Shown: positions 1 to 10,617, numbered from the stretch's first letter. The stretch: 64,000 bases of DNA from an uncultured bacterium (GCA_965552055.1 CBEVQO010000009.1:1-64000), one strand, 5' to 3'. A program made the numbers and translations. The notes: generated by a model not told the origin, from the letters alone.

Positions 1-3000
1 CTTCATGCCATATCGTATCTCCAAGTATTTTATACCAGCATTTTATCTTCTTAACCTCATCATTGAAAGAGTCGGTTACAGTGAAAAGTATGGTTACTGC
101 ATGATACTGCTCTGGTAATGTATCGGCAAGGTCAACTATTGGCTTGTGATAGTTATCAACCTTAACTTTTAAAGTATCCCATTCGCCTACATCCGAATCT
201 TTTGCAGAAGCAACAAAGATGCAGTTATACTCTTTATCGGGTAAATCATTTAAAGTGTGCCATATTATTATACCTGTATCCTGTGCAAGTAACAGATAAG
301 AAATTGAAGCGTTATACCAGTTAACTCCATCGGTTGAATATTTTGCAAGAATTACATAATCATCATGTTCTTTATCCTGGACTTTGAAACCCACTTCTAT
401 ATTCCCTGTATCTTCTGGCAGAAGAGTATCGGAAAAGATAAATAAAGGTGGCTCATTATTATCCAATTTAAATTTCACCGTATCTTCTATCCCATATTTC
501 CAGCCATCTTTTGCATTTATCCTGAAATAAATTATACCTTCATATTGGGGCTCATCATTTGCGGAGAGCCATTTTATCGTATGGTGTTTATTTGGAGAAA
601 ATCTCGCCTGTGCTATAATATCCGGAATATTCCATTGCACTCCATCTTTCGAATAGGCACACGAAATGGTTGAAGTATCTTCACTTATTGTATCTTCTAA
701 ATAAAAGGTTATAAAAACAGTATCTGATTGTTCTGAAAGTGTAGAAGGCAAAATTATCCTCTGTTTATGATAATTGTCAACATTTATTTTGCATGTATCA
801 TCTTTTCCTGTATCTGCATCCATAGGGATTATCCTGAAATAAACATTATGGTCTAAATTCAATCCATTTGCTCTCGTATCCCATTTTATAGTATCTCCTT
901 TTATCGTAAATACCGCATCATGCCAGTTAATACCATCTTCTGAAAATTTACACAGAATATTAATCGAATCACCTTCAGAATCTGTTGTTGCAAATCTTAT
1001 ATCAATTATCCCTGTATCTTCAAGAGGCGCTTCTATTATTTGAACTTCAGGAGGCAGATTATTATCGAGCTTAAACTTTAAAGTATCATACAACCCAAAT
1101 TCCCATCCATCTTTTGCTTTTATAACAAAGTAAACACTATCATCATAATGGGGTAAATCTTTCTTTGACAACCATCTTAAAGTATAAATTGAAGGCTTAT
1201 ACCATACGGTATCTTCCACAATTGTAGCTCTATGCCAGCTTGTTCTGTCGGTTGAATATTCGCACCTTATTATGTTTGAATCTTTGCTAACATTATCTGT
1301 TATTAAAAATCTTATTTTTACGGTATCCGATTGTTCTCCCGGATTCTCCAGATTCAAACTTACTTTCTGCAAATGGTAATTGTCAAGGTGAATAGTAATG
1401 GTGTCTCCTTTTCCCCTATCGGAATCACAAGGTATTGCTCTAAACAGCAAATCCCAGTATTCCAGATTTAAACCATCATTCCATGTGTTCCATATAATGC
1501 TATCCTTATAAATACTAACAGAAGCTGTGTCCCATGTTTTACCTGTGTCTTTTGAATACTCACAAAGAATTGTTACAGAATCCCCTTCTCTATCAGTATA
1601 AGTATAATGGATTTTCAACTTACCTGTATCCTCATGCGTAATTGGTGTTAACAAAAGCGAAGGAGGCTCATTGTTATCGAGTTTAAATGATATTTGAGAC
1701 CAGTTCCCCCATTCCCATTCATCTTTCGCAGACATCCTGAAAAATACATGCCGGTCAATGCTATCTGCATCCAGTTTTGATAACCATTTTACAGTATCAT
1801 TTTGATATTCTGAAGGAGAGAATATAGTTTCGCCTATTATGGATGCTTTATACCATGTAAGACCATCTTTTGAAAACTCGCATCTTATTTTTAAAGTATC
1901 ATAACTTACAGAATCGTGCAGATTAAATACAATTGTAACTGTATCTCTCTGTTCTCCTGCAATCGGTTTTATTTCAACTCCCTGTTTCTGATAATTATCG
2001 AGATGAAATTTTTTAGTAGAAAGACCTTCACCGCTATCACTATCAAGTGGCATTATCATGAAATAAACATAAAGGTCGGTATCAGGGATGTCAAATTTTG
2101 ATAGCCATTTTATCGTGCCATTGTAATTGGAAATGCTTAATGTCTCACCGTAAACTTTTGCCCTCTTCCATAAAGCACTATCCTTTGAATAATAACATAT
2201 TATCTTCAAAGTATCTTTTTCTGTATCTGCAGGTGTATAACTAATTGTTACCGTATCGTGGCACTCCACAGAGGGCGTTGATATCGAAAGCACATAAGGA
2301 GGAGAATTATTATCAAGATGAAAGATAGAAGTATCCGAGAAACCCGTATCTGCATCCACAGGTATTATTTCAAACATAGTGTTCACCCTGTCAACTCCAT
2401 CTGCATCGGATAAAGAATGCCATATTGCAAAGAAAGTATCACCCGATATATTCCCCCATGTTACATTATTTGTAAAGTTAAATGTTATACCACCATCCAC
2501 CGAATATCTGAAAGCAAAGGATAGTGGGTCATTTTCCGGGTCTTTTGCTTCAAATTTTATGGTATCTACATCTGCTGATTGCTCTCCTGCGGGTTCTTTT
2601 ATAATTGTAACTTTGGGCAATGCGTTATTATCGAGATGAAATTTCCCGGTTGTATCGGATTTTCCGGCACCTGATTCCGATGAGCCCTTTTCATAAGGTA
2701 TTATCCTGAAATTGGCATTCATAATATCTTTTCCAAGTACATCTTTCTTTGAGAACCAGAGAATTGTATCCTGAATGATAAAATTCGAATCCGCACCCGC
2801 ACCCGTGCTATCGATAAATAAAGTATCGGAACTCACATTATTAGTAAAATGCCATGTAATCCCATCGTAGTAATAGCATCGCAGTATAACTGTATCTCTT
2901 ACATGGTCTGTATCGGAATCTTCGAGCCTGAAGAATATTTTTATGGTATCAGAAACTTCGGTATCCGGAGTTGAGTAATCTGGACGCAATCCAATTGTTA

Positions 3001-5494
3001 TCCCGGGTAATAGTTTATTGTTAAAATAGAAGATATTGCTGGTATCAGGGCTACCTGTATCTTTATCCTGCAGGCTGTCGTAAGGCAAAATTTTGAAAAC
3101 CACCCACCCAGAAGTATCGGGATGGTCGTCAGCCGATAACCATATCACCGCAGTATCATAACCCGATGGCTTTATATTTCTTGGTAGAAACTGAAGGGTA
3201 GGTGTTTGCCATCCGCTCCATGTAGAAGCACCCTCAAGTTTATATTTATATTTGACTATTATGTTTAAAGAGTCACCTTCCGTATCATTTAAAGTAAAAG
3301 GTATTCTGATATTCCCTGCCACATTATCCGGGATTGTTTTTGACACATTGACAGATGGAGGCTTATTCGCATCAACATGAAAGGGACCTATGGTGTCACC
3401 TCTACCAAAATCCCTGTGAAGGTATACGCTGTCAGAAGGTATAACAAGAAACCAGACAGTTTTATCATCGACACCTGAAATATCATTATAAAATAGCCAG
3501 TAAAATGAAGAATCAAAAAGGTGAGAATCTATTTTCTCTTTATCAATGGAAATAGTAGCATCATTCCATACATTACCGTCAAGTGAATATTTCGCAATTA
3601 TTTTGATGGTATCGTATTCCTGGTCATAAATCCAGTATTTAATCTTTGCACTATCAATTTGTTCTTCGGATATTTCTTTCAAAGAGCAAAGAGGAGGAAT
3701 GTTATTATCAACATAAAATCTGAAAGGTGTGGAGTAATCCGAAACATAACCCTGATAATTCATCACTTTCATCCTGAAATCAACAGAGTCATCCACACCT
3801 CTTAAATTATAGCTTCCACCCACTGTATTCCACAATATGAGATGACTCCCCTGATACTTCCAGTCATTACTATCAATTTGAGTAGAAGATACGGGTTTCC
3901 ATTCTGCTTCATCTTTCCTTTTAAATTGCCAGCCAAAAGTTATCAATTTTTGATTCTGGGGGTCAAAAGTTGTGTAATGAACCTGCACTGTGTCACTTAT
4001 TCCTTTTATACTATCAACCTGCACATAGGGGATATGGTATCTTCTGAACTGCAATTTTATCCAGTTTATATGAGGAGTTGTATCGGGCTTCTTCGTATAA
4101 AATTCTATCCTGTATTGACAGTATCTATCTCCGTTATTTACGGAATTCAAATCGCTCATCACCCCGCCATTAACAGCAGGCTCACAGCTACTCCAGCTGA
4201 GAGCATATGCAAAGCCAGTATCCGATGAAGTCCTTATCTTAACCACTAAACTACAGCCAGGAGGAACAACACACGACCACCAAACTGTATCCCAGTAGGC
4301 AGAATCACCGGCATCAAATATGGAAGATATTATAAATGCCCGCGAATAATAGCATGTATCTATCTGATTTATTATGGAATAACTTGGCTCAGGCTCAACA
4401 TATCTCCTTACTATGAAATCATCGAAATAGCCATAGCCATCGTTATCAAATGTGGCAAGTCCAAAATAACCATTACGCCATGTAGCATCGGATACCGTTA
4501 TTAACAAATTATCATTGACATATATCTTGAAATCATTCGTCCTTGCATTAAATCTTATCTCATGGGTATGCCAGTAATCATCGTTTAATGTTATCTGTGC
4601 AGAAGAAAGCGATACCCAGCCTGGTGAAGCACTCTGCCATCTCCATATACGGATAGTATAGGTGGGTGCACCGGGGTCTGTTCCGAGCAAATTATTTCCT
4701 CCCATAATTCTATATCCCTTCGACCATGTAGTACGAGGATGATCACCACTGCCCGTGTTATCATTTACAGCTACCGAATCTTCCACAAATAGATAAATGC
4801 CAGTGCCCTCCCACACATTATCAGGACGCTTCGTCTTGTAACGAATAGCATAGCCAAATCTGCCTGGATTCAATATCTTTTTCGATAAAACTGTGCCTAT
4901 TGCTCCATCATCATCACCCTCATAAGGAGAAACAGGATTCAATCTTATATCTCCCCCGATTTCAAAAATATATTTTAATTTTAAAGTTTTGGTGCTATCC
5001 CACTTATCCTTCCAGTTTTCATTTTCGAACTGGTCAAAGAACACAAATGTTGAATCTCCGTTGGATTTACTTAGAGCCCTTGCATCACCCCAGTAAAGAT
5101 AAATGGTATCGGATTCCTGAGGTAAAACAAGCGGAACTCTAACCCATACGAATGCTGATTCACCTTCCCAGTATTTTTCAACCCAGTAGAAAAGAGGTGT
5201 GAATTCATCCTCATCAAGGAAGCGAATATCGGAAAAGTCAGATGCCATACCATTTTCATGCTCTATTTTTATTTTGACGGAATAATTTATGAGAGTGTCA
5301 ACATTGGGATTTATAGCATTACTTGTAATAACAACAGGTTTTCTAAAAATCTTTATTATTTTATTCTGAGAAAATGTGTCTATTGCTTCCTGTTTCCAGT
5401 ATTTATCCTGCTCCACCCAGTATCTCTGCCCTGGTCCTCCTGTCCAGTTGCTCTGAATCCAGTAAAAAGATACCCCCCATATCAACAGAAGCAC
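1..5494 (-). CDS. Giant surface/secreted protein, partial (runs off left edge): N-terminal DUF2341-like domain followed by at least 12 tandem ~100-115 aa Ig-like repeats
   Basis: Not in the ORF track, consistent with no stop in the window. GTG at 5494 follows the SD GGGGAG. Translation reads MLLLIWGVSFYW...GMASDFSDIRFLDED...LFYWVEKYWEGESAFVWVRVP (DUF2341-like). The same frame reads ...ILGDTIWHE at the left edge. Recurrent motifs are (F/V)xLDN(N/Y)xP and CxYSxDGxxW. Confidence 0.85.
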   Translation of the reverse strand, partial: MLLLIWGVSFYWIQSNWTGGPGQRYWVEQDKYWKQEAIDTFSQNKIIKIFRKPVVITSNAINPNVDTLINYSVKIKIEHENGMASDFSDIRFLDEDEFTPLFYWVEKYWEGESAFVWVRVPLVLPQESDTIYLYWGDARALSKSNGDSTFVFFDQFENENWKDKWDSTKTLKLKYIFEIGGDIRLNPVSPYEGDDDGAIGTVLSKKILNPGRFGYAIRYKTKRPDNVWEGTGIYLFVEDSVAVNDNTGSGDHPRTTWSKGYRIMGGNNLLGTDPGAPTYTIRIWRWQSASPGWVSLSSAQITLNDDYWHTHEIRFNARTNDFKIYVNDNLLITVSDATWRNGYFGLATFDNDGYGYFDDFIVRRYVEPEPSYSIINQIDTCYYSRAFIISSIFDAGDSAYWDTVWWSCVVPPGCSLVVKIRTSSDTGFAYALSWSSCEPAVNGGVMSDLNSVNNGDRYCQYRIEFYTKKPDTTPHINWIKLQFRRYHIPYVQVDSIKGISDTVQVHYTTFDPQNQKLITFGWQFKRKDEAEWKPVSSTQIDSNDWKYQGSHLILWNTVGGSYNLRGVDDSVDFRMKVMNYQGYVSDYSTPFRFYVDNNIPPLCSLKEISEEQIDSAKIKYWIYDQEYDTIKIIAKYSLDGNVWNDATISIDKEKIDSHLFDSSFYWLFYNDISGVDDKTVWFLVIPSDSVYLHRDFGRGDTIGPFHVDANKPPSVNVSKTIPDNVAGNIRIPFTLNDTEGDSLNIIVKYKYKLEGASTWSGWQTPTLQFLPRNIKPSGYDTAVIWLSADDHPDTSGWVVFKILPYDSLQDKDTGSPDTSNIFYFNNKLLPGITIGLRPDYSTPDTEVSDTIKIFFRLEDSDTDHVRDTVILRCYYYDGITWHFTNNVSSDTLFIDSTGAGADSNFIIQDTILWFSKKDVLGKDIMNANFRIIPYEKGSSESGAGKSDTTGKFHLDNNALPKVTIIKEPAGEQSADVDTIKFEAKDPENDPLSFAFRYSVDGGITFNFTNNVTWGNISGDTFFAIWHSLSDADGVDRVNTMFEIIPVDADTGFSDTSIFHLDNNSPPYVLSISTPSVECHDTVTISYTPADTEKDTLKIICYYSKDSALWKRAKVYGETLSISNYNGTIKWLSKFDIPDTDLYVYFMIMPLDSDSGEGLSTKKFHLDNYQKQGVEIKPIAGEQRDTVTIVFNLHDSVSYDTLKIRCEFSKDGLTWYKASIIGETIFSPSEYQNDTVKWLSKLDADSIDRHVFFRMSAKDEWEWGNWSQISFKLDNNEPPSLLLTPITHEDTGKLKIHYTYTDREGDSVTILCEYSKDTGKTWDTASVSIYKDSIIWNTWNDGLNLEYWDLLFRAIPCDSDRGKGDTITIHLDNYHLQKVSLNLENPGEQSDTVKIRFLITDNVSKDSNIIRCEYSTDRTSWHRATIVEDTVWYKPSIYTLRWLSKKDLPHYDDSVYFVIKAKDGWEFGLYDTLKFKLDNNLPPEVQIIEAPLEDTGIIDIRFATTDSEGDSINILCKFSEDGINWHDAVFTIKGDTIKWDTRANGLNLDHNVYFRIIPMDADTGKDDTCKINVDNYHKQRIILPSTLSEQSDTVFITFYLEDTISEDTSTISCAYSKDGVQWNIPDIIAQARFSPNKHHTIKWLSANDEPQYEGIIYFRINAKDGWKYGIEDTVKFKLDNNEPPLFIFSDTLLPEDTGNIEVGFKVQDKEHDDYVILAKYSTDGVNWYNASISYLLLAQDTGIIIWHTLNDLPDKEYNCIFVASAKDSDVGEWDTLKVKVDNYHKPIVDLADTLPEQYHAVTILFTVTDSFNDEVKKIKCWYKILGDTIWHE

Positions 5495-5574
5495 ATCTCC
5501 CCCTTATCATATATTATTCGGATTTTTATCAGTGTCAAGTATAAAATTGATGAAAATTGATAAAAATTTTTTTC

Positions 5575-5601
5575 TTGACTTTTTAAACTTTTCGATAAAA
5601 T
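5575..5601 (+). promoter_or_regulatory. sigma70-like promoter TTGACT-N15-TAAAAT of the amrBA-smpB operon
   Basis: TTGACT 5575-5580, TAAAAT 5596-5601, GTG start 5 nt later. Confidence 0.55.
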
Positions 5602-5606
5602 AAAAT

Positions 5607-6443
5607 GTGATTAAAATCTTTATTTTTTGTGTTTTTTATGCTCAGGTTGCTGGAAAATTTTATCCAGCCAATAGAGATGAATTGCTAAAAATGATTAAAA
5701 TACTGGGTGAAGGAATAAAAAAGGAGGTCAAAGGAGAGATTTTCGGTCTTATCTGTCCTCATGCAGGTTATATTTTTTCGGGAAGAACTGCATCTTTTGC
5801 CTTTAAACAGCTGGAAGGTTTAGAAAATAAAACTTTCATAATAATAGGTCTAAAACATGGCTTTTCAACTTTTCCGATTGCGGTAATGAAAAGCGAAAAA
5901 TTCATAACACCACTGGGAGAGGCACACATCGATAAAAATTTATCACAAAAGATTGCAAATTTCTCTGACAAAATATTTTATACAGATGAACCATTTTATT
6001 ACGAACATTCAGCAGAAGTTGAAATCCCTTTTATTCAGTATTATACAAAAAATCCAAAATTTGTTTTAATTTTGATGAGAGAACAATCTTTTGATTTATG
6101 TAAAAAACTGGCGGATGCCATATTTAACGCAATTAAAGGTAGAGACGATGTAATTATTGTAGCGAGCTCAGATTTCTATCACGGATACGATTATAATATG
6201 TGCAAAGAAATAACAAAGGAAGCTGCTGACGCTATCCTTTCTCTCGAGCCTTCTTCTTTTTATGAATTATTTGTAAAGAAACATTGTGCATGTGCAGGCG
6301 GTGCAATAACTACTCTCTTACTTCTTGCAAAAAAAGAAGGTGCTGATAAAATAAAGTTAATGCATATAACGAATTCGGGCGATGTAACGGGAAGAAAAGA
6401 AGGATATGTCGTAGGATATGCAAGCTTTGTGATAACAAAATGA
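5607..6443 (+). CDS. amrB: AmmeMemoRadiSam system protein B (MEMO1 family), copy 1 with hydrophobic N-terminus
   Basis: VAGKFYP, PHAGY, EHSAEVEIPF, ASSDFYH, NSGDV, VVGYAS motifs. Confidence 0.9.
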   Translation: MIKIFIFCVFYAQVAGKFYPANRDELLKMIKILGEGIKKEVKGEIFGLICPHAGYIFSGRTASFAFKQLEGLENKTFIIIGLKHGFSTFPIAVMKSEKFITPLGEAHIDKNLSQKIANFSDKIFYTDEPFYYEHSAEVEIPFIQYYTKNPKFVLILMREQSFDLCKKLADAIFNAIKGRDDVIIVASSDFYHGYDYNMCKEITKEAADAILSLEPSSFYELFVKKHCACAGGAITTLLLLAKKEGADKIKLMHITNSGDVTGRKEGYVVGYASFVITK

Positions 6444-7003
6444 TTGTCTTCTTTCTCATACTTTTAACTGCATCACAGAAGAAAATCCTGATGAATATAG
6501 CGAAAAAATCAATAGAATATGCAGTTGTGAGACATGAGATTTATAACCCTGATACTCCAGAAGATAGTGTTTTATTGGAAAAAAGAGGATGTTTTGTTAC
6601 GCTAAAAAAACACGGGATGCTAAGAGGGTGCATAGGTTATATTTTCCCTGTTAAACCGCTTTATCTTGCGGTAAGGGATATGGGTATTTCTGCTGCTCTC
6701 CGTGACCCACGCTTTATGCCGGTTAAACCCGAAGAACTAAAAGAACTGGAAGTAGAAATCTCTGTACTCTCACCTTTAAAAGAGATAAAAGATACTTCGG
6801 AAATAGTAATAGGGAGAGACGGCTTATATTTGATTTACGACGGATATTCAGGAGTATTGCTACCTCAGGTTGCCACTGAATATGGCTGGAACAGATTACA
6901 ATTTTTAAAAGCGGTTTCAAGGAAAGCAGGATTAAATGAGGATGCATGGAAAAAAGCCAGATTATTTATTTTTTCAGCAGAAGTGTGGGGTGAAAAATGG
7001 TAA
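6440..7003 (+). CDS. amrA: AmmeMemoRadiSam system protein A (AMMECR1 family), copy 1 with hydrophobic N-terminus
   Basis: FVTL...LRGCIG, DPRF, EISVLS, GRDGL, LLPQVA motifs. Confidence 0.92.
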   Translation: MIVFFLILLTASQKKILMNIAKKSIEYAVVRHEIYNPDTPEDSVLLEKRGCFVTLKKHGMLRGCIGYIFPVKPLYLAVRDMGISAALRDPRFMPVKPEELKELEVEISVLSPLKEIKDTSEIVIGRDGLYLIYDGYSGVLLPQVATEYGWNRLQFLKAVSRKAGLNEDAWKKARLFIFSAEVWGEKW

Positions 7004-7821
7004 GAGAACCTGCAGTTGCAGGGGCTTTTTATCCAGCAGAACCAGACATACTCAAAAAAGAAATTGAAAAACTGCTGGAGAGAGCAAAATTGGAGCATAA
7101 ATATCAAAAAATAAAGGGAATTATCGTGCCACATGCAGGTTATGTCTTTTCAGGGCAAACAGCTGCTTATGCCTTTAATGCGATAAAAGATGAAAAGTTT
7201 GATACCATTTACATACTTGCACCTGCTCACAGGTATCCCGTCAGGGGAGTGGCATTATATTCCGGGGAGGCTTTTTTAACTCCGCTTGGAAAAGTAGAGA
7301 TAGATGAAGAAGCAGGCAAAGAGATGTTATCATCTTTAATCGAAATAAATAACGGAGCACATTCTGAAGAACATTCCATTGAAGTTGAGCTACCGTTTTT
7401 GCAGATGATTTTTGAAAAATTCAGAATAGTTCCGATGCTATGCGGTATGATGTCGTATGCCGATTGCGAAGAAGTTTCTTCTTATCTTTTCAAATCCGCA
7501 TCAAAGAGAAAATCTTTAATTGTTGCGAGTTCGGATTTCTATCACGGATACAACTATCAGGAATGCAGGGGCACACAGGAGAAGGCAAACAAATTGATAG
7601 CTTCCTTCGATATAAAAGGTTTTGCCGATTATTATTATAAATCAGAAGAAAAAGGTGTGTGTATCGCATGCGGTGGCATACCCATAATCATAACCCTTCT
7701 TACCACACAAAAATTAGGAGCGAAAAAAGTCAATTTACTGCATGCTACGAATTCAGGAGATGTAACAGGTGAAAAATTTGGATATGTAGTGGCATATTCG
7801 AGTTTTGTAATCACAGAATGA
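6997..7821 (+). CDS. amrB: AmmeMemoRadiSam system protein B (MEMO1 family), copy 2
   Basis: REPAVAGAFYP, PHAGY, EHSIEVELPFLQ, ASSDFYH, IACG. Confidence 0.92.
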   Translation: MVREPAVAGAFYPAEPDILKKEIEKLLERAKLEHKYQKIKGIIVPHAGYVFSGQTAAYAFNAIKDEKFDTIYILAPAHRYPVRGVALYSGEAFLTPLGKVEIDEEAGKEMLSSLIEINNGAHSEEHSIEVELPFLQMIFEKFRIVPMLCGMMSYADCEEVSSYLFKSASKRKSLIVASSDFYHGYNYQECRGTQEKANKLIASFDIKGFADYYYKSEEKGVCIACGGIPIIITLLTTQKLGAKKVNLLHATNSGDVTGEKFGYVVAYSSFVITE

Positions 7822-8354
7822 GTTATACGGAAGAGGAAAAGAAATATCTGTTATCTGTGGCAAGAAAATCAATAGAAGAACATCTTTCGGGCAGGAAATA
7901 CGAGCCACCTGAGCCTCCTACTTCTAAATTGAAAGAAAAAAGAGCCTGTTTTGTAACACTAAAAAGATATGGAAAATTAAGGGGCTGTATCGGGCTTATA
8001 GAGCCAGTAATGCCACTTTATAAAGCAGTATCAGAAATGGCGATTTCGGCTGCCTTCAAAGACCCAAGATTCTTTCCACTAACAAAAGAAGAAATGGAAG
8101 GACTAAAAATCGAGATATCCATTTTGACACCCTTCAAAAAAATTAGTTCTCCCGAGGAAATAGAAGTTGGCAGAGATGGTTTGTATATTCGCAAAGGTTT
8201 TTATTCGGGCTTGCTTTTACCACAGGTCGCTGTTGAATGGGGCTGGGACCGCTATGAATTTTTAAGACAGGTATGCTACAAAGCTGGACTCGGCCCTGAT
8301 GACTGGAAGAACGCTGAAATATACACATTCCAAGCTGAAATCATAGAAGAATAA
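7818..8354 (+). CDS. amrA: AmmeMemoRadiSam system protein A (AMMECR1 family), copy 2
   Basis: FVTL...LRGCIG, DPRF, GRDGL, LLPQVA. Confidence 0.92.
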   Translation: MSYTEEEKKYLLSVARKSIEEHLSGRKYEPPEPPTSKLKEKRACFVTLKRYGKLRGCIGLIEPVMPLYKAVSEMAISAAFKDPRFFPLTKEEMEGLKIEISILTPFKKISSPEEIEVGRDGLYIRKGFYSGLLLPQVAVEWGWDRYEFLRQVCYKAGLGPDDWKNAEIYTFQAEIIEE

Positions 8355-8804
8355 ATGAAAAAAATAGTCATTGAAAACAAAAAAGCATATAAGGATTTTG
8401 AAATTTATGAAACTTATGAAGCAGGAATCGTCCTTAAAGGAAGTGAAGTAAAATCTGTAAGAATGGGAAATGTTGATTTAACAGGCAGTTATTGTAAAAT
8501 AAAACAGGGAGAAATTTTTGTATACAATATGAAAATAGCACCTTATGAGAAATCTTTTGAAAAATTACCGCCGGATAGAGAAAGGAAACTTTTATTGAAG
8601 AAAAAAGAGATTAAAAGACTCACAGGAAAAGTATCGGAAAGGGGCTTTACAATTATCCCGCTAAAAATTTATTTTAACGAAAGAGGATGGGCTAAACTCG
8701 AAATAGCAGTATGTAAAGGAAGAAAAAAGAGAGAGAAAAAACAAAAATTAAAAGAAAAAGAAATTATGAGAGAAATTGAGAGAGCAATGAAAAAATGGAG
8801 ATAA
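8355..8804 (+). CDS. smpB: SsrA-binding protein
   Basis: NKKA...YEAGIVLKGSEVKS, RKLLL, IPLKIYF. Confidence 0.95.
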   Translation: MKKIVIENKKAYKDFEIYETYEAGIVLKGSEVKSVRMGNVDLTGSYCKIKQGEIFVYNMKIAPYEKSFEKLPPDRERKLLLKKKEIKRLTGKVSERGFTIIPLKIYFNERGWAKLEIAVCKGRKKREKKQKLKEKEIMREIERAMKKWR

Positions 8805-9859
8805 TTTTTTTGATAATTTATCCGTTGAAAATACTTTATAAAGGTGAGGAACATTTCGTTGATGTTGAGAAATTTTCAAATATTGAATATTATGACCTGA
8901 GTGCAATTTGTGGTGCACTTGGATATAAATTTTTTTACGACCAGCAACATGAAAAATTCATTATCAATTTCAAAGAGAAAAAGGCAATCTTGGGAAATGG
9001 TAATCCATTTTTCCTGATCGGTGATAAAGTTTACAACTATTATTATCCGCCAAAGAAATATTTAAATTCTTTCTATGCTCCGCTTCCACTGATAAATATA
9101 ATAACGAAGAAATTTGAACGCATTTTCTTAGAAAATGAAGGAAAAATAAGGGTTTATACTGCCGGCATAAAAATAAAAAAAATAGTCATAGACCCGGGGC
9201 ACGGCGGAAAAGACCCTGGCGCAATAGGTCCCAATGGCACAAAAGAAAAAGATATAGTGCTCGATATAGCAAAAAGGTTAAAAAAACTGATAGAAGATAG
9301 TTTAAAGATTGAATGCATTTTAACAAGGGAAGAAGATGTCTTTATGCCGTTATCCGAGCGCACGAAATTCGCCAATCAGGAGAAAGCGGATATTTTTATC
9401 TCGATCCACTGTAATGCATGTGAAAGCAGGGTGCGACATGGTACAGAGGTCTATTTTCTATCGCCTGCAAAAACAGATTGGGAGCGAGCAGTAGCAGCCC
9501 GTGAGAACGCAGCAATAAGATTTGAAGAAGGAGAAAGAGATACAGGTTCGATGATAGAATCAATCCTGTGGGATGTAGCACAAACAGAATTTTTAAAAGA
9601 ATCAAATCACCTTGCTGGTTTAATTTTAGAAGAATTGTGCAAAAATTTACATAGCAAAAATAGGGGAGTAAGGCAGGCAAACTTTTATGTGTTGAGAGGA
9701 GCTTATATGCCAGCAGTACTCGTAGAAGCAGAATTCATATCAAATCCTAAATGTGAGAAAAAATTAAAGAAAGCAAAATACAGGCAAAAAATAGCTTACG
9801 GAATATTCAAAGGAATTTGCAAGTTTAAAGAAATTTACGAAAAAAGGATAAGATTGTGA
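8795..9859 (+). CDS. N-acetylmuramoyl-L-alanine amidase (Amidase_3)
   Basis: VIDPGHGGKDPGA, EKD, FISIHCNA, PAVLVE. Confidence 0.92.
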   Translation: MEIIFLIIYPLKILYKGEEHFVDVEKFSNIEYYDLSAICGALGYKFFYDQQHEKFIINFKEKKAILGNGNPFFLIGDKVYNYYYPPKKYLNSFYAPLPLINIITKKFERIFLENEGKIRVYTAGIKIKKIVIDPGHGGKDPGAIGPNGTKEKDIVLDIAKRLKKLIEDSLKIECILTREEDVFMPLSERTKFANQEKADIFISIHCNACESRVRHGTEVYFLSPAKTDWERAVAARENAAIRFEEGERDTGSMIESILWDVAQTEFLKESNHLAGLILEELCKNLHSKNRGVRQANFYVLRGAYMPAVLVEAEFISNPKCEKKLKKAKYRQKIAYGIFKGICKFKEIYEKRIRL

Positions 9860-10617
9860 TTGGAGTTTTTGACTCAGGAATAGGAGGTTTAACCGTTGTC
9901 CGCGAGATCAGGAGAGTTTTAAAAAATATTGACATTATTTATTTTGGAGATACTGCGAGATTACCCTATGGTAATAAATCAAAAAGCATGATTATACAGG
10001 CATCAAGGAGGATTGTGGAATTCTTAATGGATAAGGGTGCCGGCTTGATAGTCATAGCATGTCATTCTGCTTCTTCCAACGCACTACCTGTCCTTGAAAA
10101 AGAATTTAAAATACCGATAATAGGAGTTATAAAACCTTCGGTCGAAGATGCAATCGCTGTAACTAAAAATAGAAAAGTAGGAGTAATAGGAACAGTCGCA
10201 ACCATTGAAAGCAAATCTTATTTCAATGAACTAAAAAAGAGAAAAATAGAAGTTTATCAAAAAAGTTGCCCACTCTTTGTACCGCTGGTAGAAGAAGGAC
10301 TAACAGACGGATTTATAACCGAAGAAATCGCAAAAAGATATTTAAATCCATTGAAAAAGAAAGGAATAGACACATTGATACTGGGATGCACACATTATCC
10401 TCTCTTGAAAGATGTGATATCAAAAATAATGAAAAATGTATATTTGATAGACCCGGCTAAATCTGTTGCTGAAGAAGTAAAAAAAATGATAGATGATAAA
10501 GGCAATAGAAAACTTAAAGTTTATTTGAGCGATAAACCAAGAAGATTAAAAGAAATAGCAAAAAGATTTCTGGGATTTGAAATAAAAAAGATAGAAATTA
10601 TTGACTTGACAATATGA
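9856..10617 (+). CDS. murI: Glutamate racemase
   Basis: GVFDSGIGGLTV, IACHSAS, LGCTHYP. Confidence 0.95.
   Translation: MIGVFDSGIGGLTVVREIRRVLKNIDIIYFGDTARLPYGNKSKSMIIQASRRIVEFLMDKGAGLIVIACHSASSNALPVLEKEFKIPIIGVIKPSVEDAIAVTKNRKVGVIGTVATIESKSYFNELKKRKIEVYQKSCPLFVPLVEEGLTDGFITEEIAKRYLNPLKKKGIDTLILGCTHYPLLKDVISKIMKNVYLIDPAKSVAEEVKKMIDDKGNRKLKVYLSDKPRRLKEIAKRFLGFEIKKIEIIDLTI

Noticed and set aside
1916..5560. Short ORFs listed in the track (1916, 2379, 3842, 4900, 5071, 5258)
   Set aside because: They are antisense or off-frame shadows of the giant minus-strand gene.
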